From the NCBI RefSeq assembly GCF_008000775.2, contig NZ_CP042905.2, forward strand, positions 3,625,723-3,649,722: a stretch of 24,000 nt of DNA, written 5' to 3'. Positions 7,419 through 15,970 of the stretch are shown here, one piece after another. The stretch comes from Promethearchaeum syntrophicum (GTDB lineage: Archaea; Asgardarchaeota; Lokiarchaeia; Sigyniarchaeales; Promethearchaeaceae). The translations under genes were made by a program, and so were the position numbers. The notes below the pieces were generated by a model that searched no databases, had not been told where the DNA came from, and saw only the letters and a list, made by a program, of their open reading frames with translations. Position 1 is the stretch's first letter. Each line of letters begins with the position of its first letter.

Positions 7419-8078
7419 TCAAATTAAGAAAGTACAATCTTTAGCATAGAAAAGCAATAATCCACTTTTAAATTTCACTTTTATTGACCCATTTGCTACA
7501 TTACTCAAAGTCAAAGTTGATGAGAGTTCTACAGTTTTATTCTTTAAATCATAATTACTTCCTGTTATTGATACACCAGTGCATTTACTAAATGGGATTA
7601 AAGAAAAAATCGTGTTTGGTTTTAATTCTATGATTGATTCAGAATCAGATTCTAACGCCCATAAAACACCATTAGGGGTTAAAATTTTAATGAAAATTGG
7701 TTTTTTAAATAATAACAATGCATTAAATAGAAAATGATCAAGCCGCGCACCGCTGCTGTTTAGAATTATCATTTCTTGGAATTTTCTTTTCAATGCGAAA
7801 TCAATGGCTAATTCAGTATCAGATTTATCCTTATCACTTTTAAATCTTAAAATTTTATCATTAGAATATTTTTTTAAAATATCGGGCTCAACCGAATCAA
7901 AATCTCCAATTATTTTTGAGATTGGGATTTTAAGTTTATCGCAAATCTCAAGACCCTTATCGATTGCGTAAATCGTGTCTTTTCTCACATCAATTATGTT
8001 TTCTTTAACGAATTTCAAATATTCATAGTTAATTTCTGGTGAACCACTAATTAAGAAAGCTCTTGGATATGATTTCAT
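7419..8078 (-). CDS. thiamine pyrophosphokinase (EC 2.7.6.2, THI80/YloS family)
   Basis: Family signatures appear in order: IGDFDS, KDKSDTELAIDFAL (KDxTDxElA), GARLDH (GgRxDH), then a C-terminal thiamine-binding half with FSLIPF and STLTLSNV. Confidence 0.85.
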   Translation of the reverse strand: MKSYPRAFLISGSPEINYEYLKFVKENIIDVRKDTIYAIDKGLEICDKLKIPISKIIGDFDSVEPDILKKYSNDKILRFKSDKDKSDTELAIDFALKRKFQEMIILNSSGARLDHFLFNALLLFKKPIFIKILTPNGVLWALESDSESIIELKPNTIFSLIPFSKCTGVSITGSNYDLKNKTVELSSTLTLSNVANGSIKVKFKSGLLLFYAKDCTFLI

Positions 8079-8142
8079 CGAATAAAGAAAAAATGAAAAC
8101 CATTTAAAATATCTTATTTTTTAAATCTAATGTGAAAAAAAT

Positions 8143-8529
8143 ATGGAAACAACTAAATCAGTTCTTAGTTCACTCGTGAGTCTGCTTCGAACATATGGTC
8201 ACAGATTGCTTGCAGAATTAACGGATGAAGAAATACATTGGGTACCTTCTCAAACCAGAGGACGTTCCATTTATAGTTATTTCCTCCATTTGATCAATTC
8301 AGAATACTATTGGTTCAAGGATTTTGGTTTTTCAACCCCAGAATACCTTGGGAAAGATGCACCTTTTGACGAGCTTTTGCAGAGTTATAATGATCTGGAG
8401 AACTATCTGATCGAAACGATTCATAATATACCAGATGATCAATTTTTTTTACCTACTAAATTTTTGGAAATTAGTATTTTTAGGAAAAACTATAACATCT
8501 ATTTTTTATTTTATGAAATTGTTACTTAA
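8143..8529 (+). CDS. DinB/YfiT-like helical-bundle protein, possibly degraded at the C-terminus
   Basis: The N-terminal part (LAELTDEEIHWVPSQTRGRSIYSYFLHLINSEYYW) resembles DinB-family helices with His ligands. After a T8 run at 8443-8450 the last 35 aa are low-complexity and lack the usual C-terminal His pair. Confidence 0.4.
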   Translation: METTKSVLSSLVSLLRTYGHRLLAELTDEEIHWVPSQTRGRSIYSYFLHLINSEYYWFKDFGFSTPEYLGKDAPFDELLQSYNDLENYLIETIHNIPDDQFFLPTKFLEISIFRKNYNIYFLFYEIVT

Positions 8530-8546
8530 AGCAAACAAACTTGAAG

Positions 8547-8571
8547 GAAAACTCTTCGGGATGAGTTTTTC
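8547..8571 (+). terminator. hairpin plus T tract after the DinB-like gene
   Basis: GAAAACTC (8547-8554) pairs with GAGTTTT(T)C (8563-8571) around an 8-nt loop, with the T-run at the 3' side, 18 nt after the stop. Confidence 0.45.
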
Positions 8572-8636
8572 GATTTTAAATTAAACTCGAAAGCCATTTA
8601 TAGCATCTCTTTTTTTTATTCACATGTGGAAACACA

Positions 8637-9845
8637 ATGAAAAAAAATTATACTTTTTTATCGATTTTACTATTACTTCTAGTGGTAAGTTCACAGATTT
8701 CAGTAAAAAGTGAAGAAATTCAGAGTGAGACGAAACTAACGATATATACTTATGATTCCCTTCTAGATGATCCTGGTTACGATTTTATAGGAGCGTTTGC
8801 AAATCATTCTGGGATATTGAAGGAAGAAATTAATCTTGTGCTCTTATCAGATGCCAACCAAATTGTAACACAAATGGCGTTGGAAAAGGATAGCCCCGTT
8901 GCAGATGTAGCAATAGGTATTGATAATGTTCTTATCCATAGTGCAAAAAGAGATAATTTGTTAACGCCTTATATCTCCCCTGAATTAGCAAATATATCCT
9001 CAGATTTGATAGATAACCTCGATTCTGAAAAATTTGTTCTACCCTATGATTTTGGTATAATAGCTTTATATTATGATATGAATCGAATAAATTCAACTAC
9101 AAATCCAGAGATTACGAATATAACTTTAGAGGAAATTATTGAGTTCGATTTGGATAAAAAACTAATTGTTGAAGATCCAACTCTGAGTTCACCAGGATTA
9201 GGTTTTCTTCTATGGACGATTGCAATTTATGGTGATCCTACAATTAATTTCAACGGAACCTTAGGTTTAGATTGGCGTGATTGGTGGAAAACAACAAAGG
9301 ATGATTTGAGGATTGCCCCAAGTTGGACCGCAGCTTTTGGGGAATGGTATGAGGGGGAAGAAAATCGCCCAATTATGGTTTCATATGGAACAAGTCCAGC
9401 ATATAGTGCTTGTCAATATAATGATACATCTCAAGGCGCCTTTTTATCTCATGAAAATGGAACGCAAAACGGATGGTTACAAATCGAAGGAATTGGGCTC
9501 GTGAATAACGCCCCTCATGAAGATCTTGCCAAGAATTTTATAGATTGGTTCTTAAGTAAAGAACTCCAAGACAACATTGCGGAAAATAATTGGATGTATC
9601 CCGCAAATGATTACGCTGAAATCTCAACTAGGTTTAATGAATCATCAATTAATCCCGATGATGTTAACATTTTAAATTCACTAATATCTTCGGAAACAAT
9701 AGGAACAAATCTCGAGATGTGGAAGGGAGATTGGGAAACCATTATAAGTTCAGACCTTAACATTAGCGGATATAGTTCAATTTTCTTCATTTTTGCTTCA
9801 ATAGGAGCAATAGCGTATATACAAAAGAAAATAAAGAGAAATTAG
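8637..9845 (+). CDS. thiB: thiamine ABC transporter substrate-binding protein (ThiB/TbpA family), membrane-anchored
   Basis: Blocks shared with E. coli ThiB as recalled from memory: LTIYTYDSL, ADVAIGIDNVL, LPYDFGIIALYYD, DPTLSSPGLGFLLW, MVSYGTSPAY, NNWMYPAN. There is an N-terminal signal-like segment and a C-terminal hydrophobic helix followed by KKIKRN. Confidence 0.85.
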   Translation: MKKNYTFLSILLLLLVVSSQISVKSEEIQSETKLTIYTYDSLLDDPGYDFIGAFANHSGILKEEINLVLLSDANQIVTQMALEKDSPVADVAIGIDNVLIHSAKRDNLLTPYISPELANISSDLIDNLDSEKFVLPYDFGIIALYYDMNRINSTTNPEITNITLEEIIEFDLDKKLIVEDPTLSSPGLGFLLWTIAIYGDPTINFNGTLGLDWRDWWKTTKDDLRIAPSWTAAFGEWYEGEENRPIMVSYGTSPAYSACQYNDTSQGAFLSHENGTQNGWLQIEGIGLVNNAPHEDLAKNFIDWFLSKELQDNIAENNWMYPANDYAEISTRFNESSINPDDVNILNSLISSETIGTNLEMWKGDWETIISSDLNISGYSSIFFIFASIGAIAYIQKKIKRN

Positions 9846-9886
9846 AAAAATCGAAAATAAGAAAATCTAAAGGTTAAAATTAATAC

Positions 9887-11629
9887 ATGAAAAATTCAAA
9901 GCCGAATTCGAAAATTAAGACTGAAGGCTTATTAAATAAGCTGATTGTAGGGATAGTTATTACAGCCTTAATTTCTTTTTTACTCACTTTTTTTTATTTA
10001 CCAATTGTTAAAATCTTAAATTTTGCGTTAATTCAAGAGGGTTCATTCACATTCGATATTTTTTGGTCGACTCTCACTTCTTCATTAAATCTTAATGCTA
10101 TTGCCTTTACTTTTATTCAATCACTACTTACGACATTTATTTGTATGTTTTTAGGATTTCCAGTCTCATTTTTTTTAGCTAAATATTCCTTTAAAGGGAG
10201 AAAATTGATAATAAATCTATTAACTGTTCCGTTTGTGTTACCATCAATTGTAGTTTTACTCGGTTTTATAATTTTATACGGTGAAGGAGGTTTTATCAAC
10301 CAAATTTGGATAAATATTGCTGGAGTGCCTTTAATCAATTTGTACGGAAGTATTGAAGGCATTGTACTTGCTCATTCCTTTTATAATATTTCAGTAATAA
10401 TCCGAATGATGATCCCAGCTTGGGAAAATCTTGATCCGAATTTAACTGAAATTTCCAAGACACTTGGAGGAAAAAACTGGATGATATTCTGGAAAATTAT
10501 GTTTCCCCAAATCAAAAACTACCTGATCTCAGCCGGTTTGTTGGTATTTACCTACACTTTCAACAGCTTTGCTCTTGTCTTGTATCTTGGTGAAGTAAAA
10601 TTCCAAACCTTGGAAGTAAGAATTTTTAAACTGATGAGGAATACTTTAGATTTTCCTGCAGGGGCATCTTTAGGAATTTTACAACTGTTTTTTAATTTAA
10701 TCATAATAATTCTCTATATAATTTTTGAAAAGAAAACTAGGGCCATGGCTTCTGGAAAAGATAACATATATCACCATGAAAAAATTGTTTTTTTAAAATC
10801 AAACTGGAAAAAAACTTTAGGAGAAATAATCCTCATAATTTTTACAATTCTCATAATTCTTTTCTCAATTTCACCTATGATTGCAGTTTTCATTACTTCT
10901 CTTACTCCGAATACCTTAGGTGGTTCTCCATTTTGGGGATATACAAGTTTATTATCAAATGATTATGATACTCTACTTGGAGCACCTCCTTCAAGATTAC
11001 TTCTAAATACATTAACATTTGCCTTTCTAACCACATTAATTACTTTGATTTTCTCAATCGGAATTGTTTTTATACTCAGAAATCGCTTGCAGCGCGTAAA
11101 TAATTATAAAAAATCAGTTATTGAAAACATAATATCACTAGCAATTATTCTACCAATGGGTACTTCATCGATTACATTAGCAATGGGGTTATTTCTTCAA
11201 CTGAAAGATAGTGCCGTTTTTAAAAATTATGTGTGGATATTAATTGTTCTCGCTCATGTTTTAATTAGCGTCCCCTTTGCAACGAGATCTATTTTATCAG
11301 CCTACAATCGAATTGATACTGATTTGCTTAATATTGCTTCTACGTTGGGGGCATCCAGATTAAGAATATTTTGGAAGGTAGAATTGCCCATGATAAAATC
11401 AGGGTTAATAGTTGCAGGAATTTTTTCATTTGCTATAAGTCTTGGTGAGTTTGGTGCCACCAATTTCTTAGCTCGGGCAGAATACGGGACATTATCATTA
11501 GGAATTTCAAAATTATTATCTTCACGAACAATGCAACTCCCGGCTTCAATGGCTAGCATTTTAATCATCGTAACTTTTATTTGCTTTTTTTTAATTCAAA
11601 AAACAGGAGAAAAAGATTTGAAATTTTAA
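9887..11629 (+). CDS. thiP: thiamine ABC transporter permease, two fused transmembrane domains (ThiP type)
   Basis: 580 aa with two EAA-loop-like segments (LTEISKTLGGKNWMIFWKIMFPQIK and LLNIASTLGASRLRIFWKVELPMIKSG), each inside a 6-TM half. It lies directly downstream of thiB. Confidence 0.8.
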   Translation: MKNSKPNSKIKTEGLLNKLIVGIVITALISFLLTFFYLPIVKILNFALIQEGSFTFDIFWSTLTSSLNLNAIAFTFIQSLLTTFICMFLGFPVSFFLAKYSFKGRKLIINLLTVPFVLPSIVVLLGFIILYGEGGFINQIWINIAGVPLINLYGSIEGIVLAHSFYNISVIIRMMIPAWENLDPNLTEISKTLGGKNWMIFWKIMFPQIKNYLISAGLLVFTYTFNSFALVLYLGEVKFQTLEVRIFKLMRNTLDFPAGASLGILQLFFNLIIIILYIIFEKKTRAMASGKDNIYHHEKIVFLKSNWKKTLGEIILIIFTILIILFSISPMIAVFITSLTPNTLGGSPFWGYTSLLSNDYDTLLGAPPSRLLLNTLTFAFLTTLITLIFSIGIVFILRNRLQRVNNYKKSVIENIISLAIILPMGTSSITLAMGLFLQLKDSAVFKNYVWILIVLAHVLISVPFATRSILSAYNRIDTDLLNIASTLGASRLRIFWKVELPMIKSGLIVAGIFSFAISLGEFGATNFLARAEYGTLSLGISKLLSSRTMQLPASMASILIIVTFICFFLIQKTGEKDLKF

Positions 11630-11660
11630 AATTCAAATTATCACAGAATGTGTTGCTAAC

Positions 11661-12764
11661 ATGACCTACTTAAAACTTCAGAATATTCACATGAAATACC
11701 AAAATGAATTGATAATTAATGATCTTAATTTAAATGTTGAACGCGGAGAACTTTTAATCCTATTAGGCTCAAGTGGATGTGGAAAAACAACATTACTCAA
11801 AATTATTGCAGGTTTAATTCACCCTGAACAAGGTTTAATTATGATTGAAGATCAAGATATTACAAATTTTTCTCCACAAAAAAGAGAAATTGGTTATGTC
11901 CCTCAGTCCCAAGTTCTATTTCCCCACCTAAACATCAAGGAAAATATTGCATTTGGACTTCGCGCTAGAAATAAAGAAAATTCTAAAGAAGAAATTGAGC
12001 AAAAAATCCAAGAAGTTGCTAAATTAGCTCAAATCGAAGATATTTTATCTCGTTTTCCAAGTGAAATTAGTGGAGGGCAAAAACAGCGAGTTGCCCTAGC
12101 TAGAGCTATAGTTATAAATCCAAGATTACTTTTACTTGATGAACCCTTATCAAGTATTGATGCAAACGGTCGCGAATCCTTAGCATTAATGATAAAACGA
12201 ATCCAAAGAGAAACAAAAACAACTACAATTTATGTCACACACAATCAACAAGAAGCTCGTTTGATTGCTGATAAAGTTGCTATAATGTATGATGGGATAA
12301 TACAACAATCAGGAACCATGACAGATATCGATATCCATCCGATGAATTTCCAGATCGCTAACATAATTGGAAAACTCAATATTTGGAAAGTATATTCGCA
12401 AAAATTTGAACAAGGACAGCTAATTATTTCGAGTCCTCTCGGTGATATAACAATTGCTTCTAAAGAAGAGAAAAAAATAGCAGGAATTCAAATTCACCCC
12501 AGTAAAATCAAAATAGCTAATGAAAATGAAAACTTCGACATGAAATTCTCAGAGCAGATTTTAGTAATTAAAGGGAAAATAATCTCCATTATTCAATTAA
12601 AAAGTAAAATATTTCAAATAATTATCCAAATCAATGAAAATCAATTAACTAAGCCATTTATCTACATCAAAATGCAATTGCTGGATCAAAATTTAATTAA
12701 AAATCTAACAATTAACCAAGATATTAAACTTAAAATAGATCCAAAGGATATAATTCTTTTTTGA
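11661..12764 (+). CDS. thiQ: ABC transporter ATP-binding protein with a C-terminal beta-rich extension
   Basis: Walker A GSSGCGKTT, Q-loop VPQS, signature SGGQKQRVALARA, Walker B LLLLDEP, H-loop VTHNQ. About 130 extra C-terminal residues resemble a TOBE-like regulatory domain, as in PotA/FbpC-type ATPases. The thiQ name rests on operon context only. Confidence 0.8.
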   Translation: MTYLKLQNIHMKYQNELIINDLNLNVERGELLILLGSSGCGKTTLLKIIAGLIHPEQGLIMIEDQDITNFSPQKREIGYVPQSQVLFPHLNIKENIAFGLRARNKENSKEEIEQKIQEVAKLAQIEDILSRFPSEISGGQKQRVALARAIVINPRLLLLDEPLSSIDANGRESLALMIKRIQRETKTTTIYVTHNQQEARLIADKVAIMYDGIIQQSGTMTDIDIHPMNFQIANIIGKLNIWKVYSQKFEQGQLIISSPLGDITIASKEEKKIAGIQIHPSKIKIANENENFDMKFSEQILVIKGKIISIIQLKSKIFQIIIQINENQLTKPFIYIKMQLLDQNLIKNLTINQDIKLKIDPKDIILF

Positions 12765-12807
12765 TTTTTATCTACTTCAGAGTTATTGTGAAACAAATCC
12801 AAAGATA

Positions 12808-13539
12808 CTAAATTGCTAAATTCTTGAGTCTTTGTTGAAGATCTTCTAAAAACGGTTTATAATAATCCTGAGTTTCAGATAATTTTTCTATTTGAAGTAA
12901 CGATCTATCGTAAGCCCATTTTACTTTATCTAAAAGACCCATTTCCTCGTAATTTAAACCCAAGTAATAAAATGCCAATGGATAATTAAAGTCGATTTTG
13001 ACAAGTTTCATTAATTGTTGTATCGCCTGTCCATGTTTCTTCAGTTTATAAAATGCATAGGCCAAAAAAAATAGAATTTTTGGATATCGGGGGTCCCTAT
13101 TAGCAAATTTGTAGATGTCAATCATATCCCAAAGTAAATTGAGCGCCTCCGTATATTTCTCCACGGAAATTAATTTTTCCATACGTTCAAATTTCTCCAA
13201 ATACTCTGGATCTTCTTCTTGGGATGCTTGTTTCAATTTTTCTTTTTTTGCTTGGAGTTCCTGCTCTCGTTTCTCCGCTTCTTTACGATCTTTTTCCAGT
13301 TGCTCCAAATATTCATTAAATACATTAATAACGTGGGTATCGTACTCCTCAAAACATAAAGGGCACTTTGTACTATGAGAAATCCACTTTTTTAAACACT
13401 CATAATGAACTAAGTGCCCATTCGGGCAACCAACAAAATTTTTTGTAACATGTTCCCTTCCAAAATGTGATAAATCAATCGGTCCATGGCAAATGCAGCA
13501 TTGCATAACTTTGGCATTGGAAGTATCAAGTTTACCCAT
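12808..13539 (-). CDS. RING-H2 zinc finger protein with coiled-coil and TPR-like C-terminal region
   Basis: C14-x2-C17-x20-C38-x3-H42-x2-H45-x2-C48-x10-C59-x2-C62 fits the RING-H2 spacing exactly. The HYECLKKWISHSTKCPLC stretch mirrors the canonical HxxCIxxWLxxxxxCPLC signature. An E/K-rich heptad region follows, then 2-3 TPR-like helical pairs. Confidence 0.8.
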   Translation of the reverse strand: MGKLDTSNAKVMQCCICHGPIDLSHFGREHVTKNFVGCPNGHLVHYECLKKWISHSTKCPLCFEEYDTHVINVFNEYLEQLEKDRKEAEKREQELQAKKEKLKQASQEEDPEYLEKFERMEKLISVEKYTEALNLLWDMIDIYKFANRDPRYPKILFFLAYAFYKLKKHGQAIQQLMKLVKIDFNYPLAFYYLGLNYEEMGLLDKVKWAYDRSLLQIEKLSETQDYYKPFLEDLQQRLKNLAI

Positions 13540-13631
13540 TTTCTTATAATTTTATAATGGAACGGTTGGAAAAAAAGAAATCGAAATCTTATTTCATCCC
13601 TGAAATCATAAAATTTTTTTGTTAAAACACG

Positions 13632-13641
13632 TTTATTTAAA
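13632..13641 (+). promoter_or_regulatory. TATA-like box for the tRNA gene
   Basis: TTTATTTAAA is centred about 27 nt upstream of the predicted tRNA 5' end. Confidence 0.4.
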
Positions 13642-13662
13642 TCACTTAAGGAATTTTATGAA

Positions 13663-13760
13663 AGGTCCGTCGTCTAGCCTGGATATGGCGCTGGGTTGCG
13701 ATCCATAACGTAATTGTGGCAAACACCCAGTTTTCGAGGGTTCAACTCCCCCCGGACCTA
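13663..13760 (+). tRNA. tRNA-Arg(GCG) with a 23-nt intron at the canonical 37/38 position
   Basis: Hand fold. Acceptor AGGTCCG/CGGACCT (7 bp). D arm GTCT-AGCCTGGATA-TGGC. Anticodon stem CTGGG/CCCAG. Loop TT-GCG-A, then the intron (13702-13724), then A. T arm GAGGG-TTCAACT-CCCCC with one A:C mismatch. Discriminator A; no encoded CCA. TTGC (13696-99) pairs with GCAA (13719-22), flanked by two 3-nt bulges that hold both splice sites, which is a BHB motif. A T5 run follows at 13772-13776. The segment is a GC-rich island in AT-rich DNA. Confidence 0.8.
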
Positions 13761-13846
13761 CTAACTCCTTCTTTTTGGATTTTGAGAGTATAAATCTAAA
13801 AAAATTTCTTGAAGAGGACTCACCTACCTATGGGGCGATTTTTTCT

Positions 13847-14950
13847 TTAATATGATTCCACGAAAAAGACATCCACATTATGATCTGTCATAAAAACGTA
13901 TACATCACCAGAAAGGATTTCAATCGCATCTGAATTCTTCTTAAGGTGCGCGTCCATGTGTAAGAGACCAAGTCCTTGTAAATATGCATGCCCTTCTTCA
14001 GCAGAACACAATATATCAAACGAAGGCATTTTTTCTTTAATTTTCTTTGACAAGGGAACATCTCCAAAAAATATTTCTGGGTGCTGTTTGATTAGATTAT
14101 GAGTCGATTCTGCTTCCTTGCAGAAGTGCAAATGATCAGCATTATTAAGAACTACCATTAATTTGGGTTCTAATGTGCGTTTAAACATGTCATAGATCGA
14201 TCTTACATCTACTAATGTATCATTCTGTGCTGCCAGGTATAGTGTTGCAATAGTGTGCTTCCAATCTAAGTTTAGGATATCGGAAAGCGGATTTGATTCT
14301 TTTAAGTCAGGAGAATTACCACCTATTGAAGCAATAGGAAGAGCTGCAGAAATTCTTGAATCACTAGATGCTACCATAAGAATGGTCCATCCTCCATAGC
14401 TGTACCCGGCCACGCCTATACTATTAACATCAATCATCTTTAATGGGATTTTTACCTTCTCAGATGTCATACAATCTATAATGAATTTGATATCACTGGG
14501 GCGGTTCATGAAAATCTGTCTACTGAGTTCTGCTGTATTTGGAGGCATTCCTTTCTGAGTATGTTCTCTGTAGGTTAATAAATCCAGATATGTATTACCT
14601 AAATGATCGGGTGCAGCTACAATATAACCGTGACTGGCTAAGTGAGTACATAAGTGTGAAGTTAAACGTCGATGAGCGCCATGTCCATGGGAAAAAACAA
14701 TTAATGGATAAAATCCCTCGCGAATGTCTGCATCTCTAACCGCATTTTGAGATAAGGAGATGTCTCCTATTTGATATTTATCTTTCGTAGCTTCCTCAAA
14801 ATCTTTATTCTTAAATTCATCTGTTGCGGGGAACCAAATCTCTGTAGGGAGTGTTCGATTTCTCTTTGGATCATGAAAGTTTTGGGTTATTACACCAACG
14901 GGAAATGGTCCACGATTAAAAGGATTATATTTTGCTTGATCTGTGCTCAT
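13847..14950 (-). CDS. alpha/beta hydrolase (PAF-acetylhydrolase / lipase-like)
   Basis: Nucleophile elbow GYSYGG. Oxyanion-region LIVFSHGHGAHR resembles the PAF-AH/dienelactone-hydrolase-like group. Candidate Asp (AQNDTLVD) and His (NADHLHF) complete a Ser-Asp-His triad in the usual order. Confidence 0.7.
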   Translation of the reverse strand: MSTDQAKYNPFNRGPFPVGVITQNFHDPKRNRTLPTEIWFPATDEFKNKDFEEATKDKYQIGDISLSQNAVRDADIREGFYPLIVFSHGHGAHRRLTSHLCTHLASHGYIVAAPDHLGNTYLDLLTYREHTQKGMPPNTAELSRQIFMNRPSDIKFIIDCMTSEKVKIPLKMIDVNSIGVAGYSYGGWTILMVASSDSRISAALPIASIGGNSPDLKESNPLSDILNLDWKHTIATLYLAAQNDTLVDVRSIYDMFKRTLEPKLMVVLNNADHLHFCKEAESTHNLIKQHPEIFFGDVPLSKKIKEKMPSFDILCSAEEGHAYLQGLGLLHMDAHLKKNSDAIEILSGDVYVFMTDHNVDVFFVESY

Positions 14951-15082
14951 TTTATCTACCTCTTTAAATAAAATTCTAAATTTATATTTGAATAGAGTTT
15001 TTTCTGAACAATAAAATTATTGTTGTTCAAAATATGACTTTAAAAGAATGAAAAATAAAAAAAAAAACTCTAAATTCATTAA

Positions 15083-15970
15083 TTATTCTAAATCCCATTT
15101 CAATAAGGATTTAACAAGATTACCATGACTAAGCTCGCCCCTGGACATAAATTTTGCAAAGCGATTTTCACCCTTCTTCCATAGGAGGGTTACAATCTTC
15201 TTCACCACATCCTCAGTTTTAATCACACCTTGACTCCTCAATTGATCCTTAAATTGATGGACATCTAAGTGTAACTTTTCGATTTCATCTATTTTTTCCT
15301 TAAGAAATGTACGGGGATAGACCTTGGCATGGGCTACAAAGATACGCAAATCATCCATACCCTCTGTTAACTCATATAATTTTTTTTGGGAAAAATAAAT
15401 CTCCTTAATATTCTCTTGAATATCTTTACAACCACCCCCAAAAAGCATCTCATACCGTTTCATAAGGGCATCCCCCACAAATAGAAGTTGATGCTCACGC
15501 TCGAGTAAAGCGGTTAGATCGGGTGAATGGCCTGGGGAGTTGATCAAATCAAAATTATATTTTCCTGATTTTGAGGAAATATGATCACTAATTGGTTGGG
15601 TTGAAATAGGGGGTAACAATTTTCTGCCCCAGTATATTTGGCGGTACAATCGGTAAGATTTGAGGGATTCAAACTGTTTCTGAGTAGAGGGAGAACAGAA
15701 GATTGGAATATTCATTCGTTCTTGAAGAATTTTGGCACCTCCGGCATGATCCTCATGGAAATGTGTAAGATATACTTGGTTAATGCGATCATTTTCGGGT
15801 AATTGCGATGCCCATTCATAAATATCCTCACTCCCTGCAGGTGCACCGGTATCTATTAATAAACCATCTAATTTGTAACTTGAAGTCCATTTTGGGATAG
15901 TGGCCAGCCAATGTTCGGATTTCCATTGCCATTCTAATATATCCCCATGCAATTTTGTACGAGTAATCAT
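15083..15970 (-). CDS. metallo-beta-lactamase-fold hydrolase
   Basis: THFHEDHAGG (HxHxDH motif), later His/Asp ligand candidates (SPGHSPD, VGDAL, VAHAK), 295 aa. Confidence 0.75.
   Translation of the reverse strand: MITRTKLHGDILEWQWKSEHWLATIPKWTSSYKLDGLLIDTGAPAGSEDIYEWASQLPENDRINQVYLTHFHEDHAGGAKILQERMNIPIFCSPSTQKQFESLKSYRLYRQIYWGRKLLPPISTQPISDHISSKSGKYNFDLINSPGHSPDLTALLEREHQLLFVGDALMKRYEMLFGGGCKDIQENIKEIYFSQKKLYELTEGMDDLRIFVAHAKVYPRTFLKEKIDEIEKLHLDVHQFKDQLRSQGVIKTEDVVKKIVTLLWKKGENRFAKFMSRGELSHGNLVKSLLKWDLE

Noticed and set aside
8440-8529. Frameshift at the T8 run in the DinB-like gene
   Set aside because: The C-terminal 35 aa look degenerate, and the -1 frame stays open to about 8583. Neither frame restores the His-containing C-terminal helix expected for DinB proteins, so a frameshift cannot be supported from sequence alone. 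The gene is flagged as possibly degraded only.
8530-8636. Possible TPP riboswitch in the leader of the thiamine ABC operon
   Set aside because: I found none of the conserved TPP aptamer cores (CUGAGA, ACCUGAUCUGGAUAAUGCCAGCG-like) on either strand. The only structure is a hairpin plus T-run that fits a terminator for the upstream gene. This should still be confirmed with Rfam RF00059.
13540-13860. tRNA gene as the attachment site of an integrated element
   Set aside because: No integrase or recombinase is nearby, I saw no direct repeat of the tRNA 3' half in the window, and the flanking genes look like ordinary cellular genes.
14951-15082. Imperfect inverted repeat TGAACAATAA..TTATTGTTGTTCA and a long A-run between the MBL and alpha/beta hydrolase genes; also the A10 run at 1296-1305
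   Set aside because: Homopolymer runs and AT palindromes appear common throughout this window's intergenic DNA. There is nothing to separate these from terminator or promoter background or to suggest phase variation.
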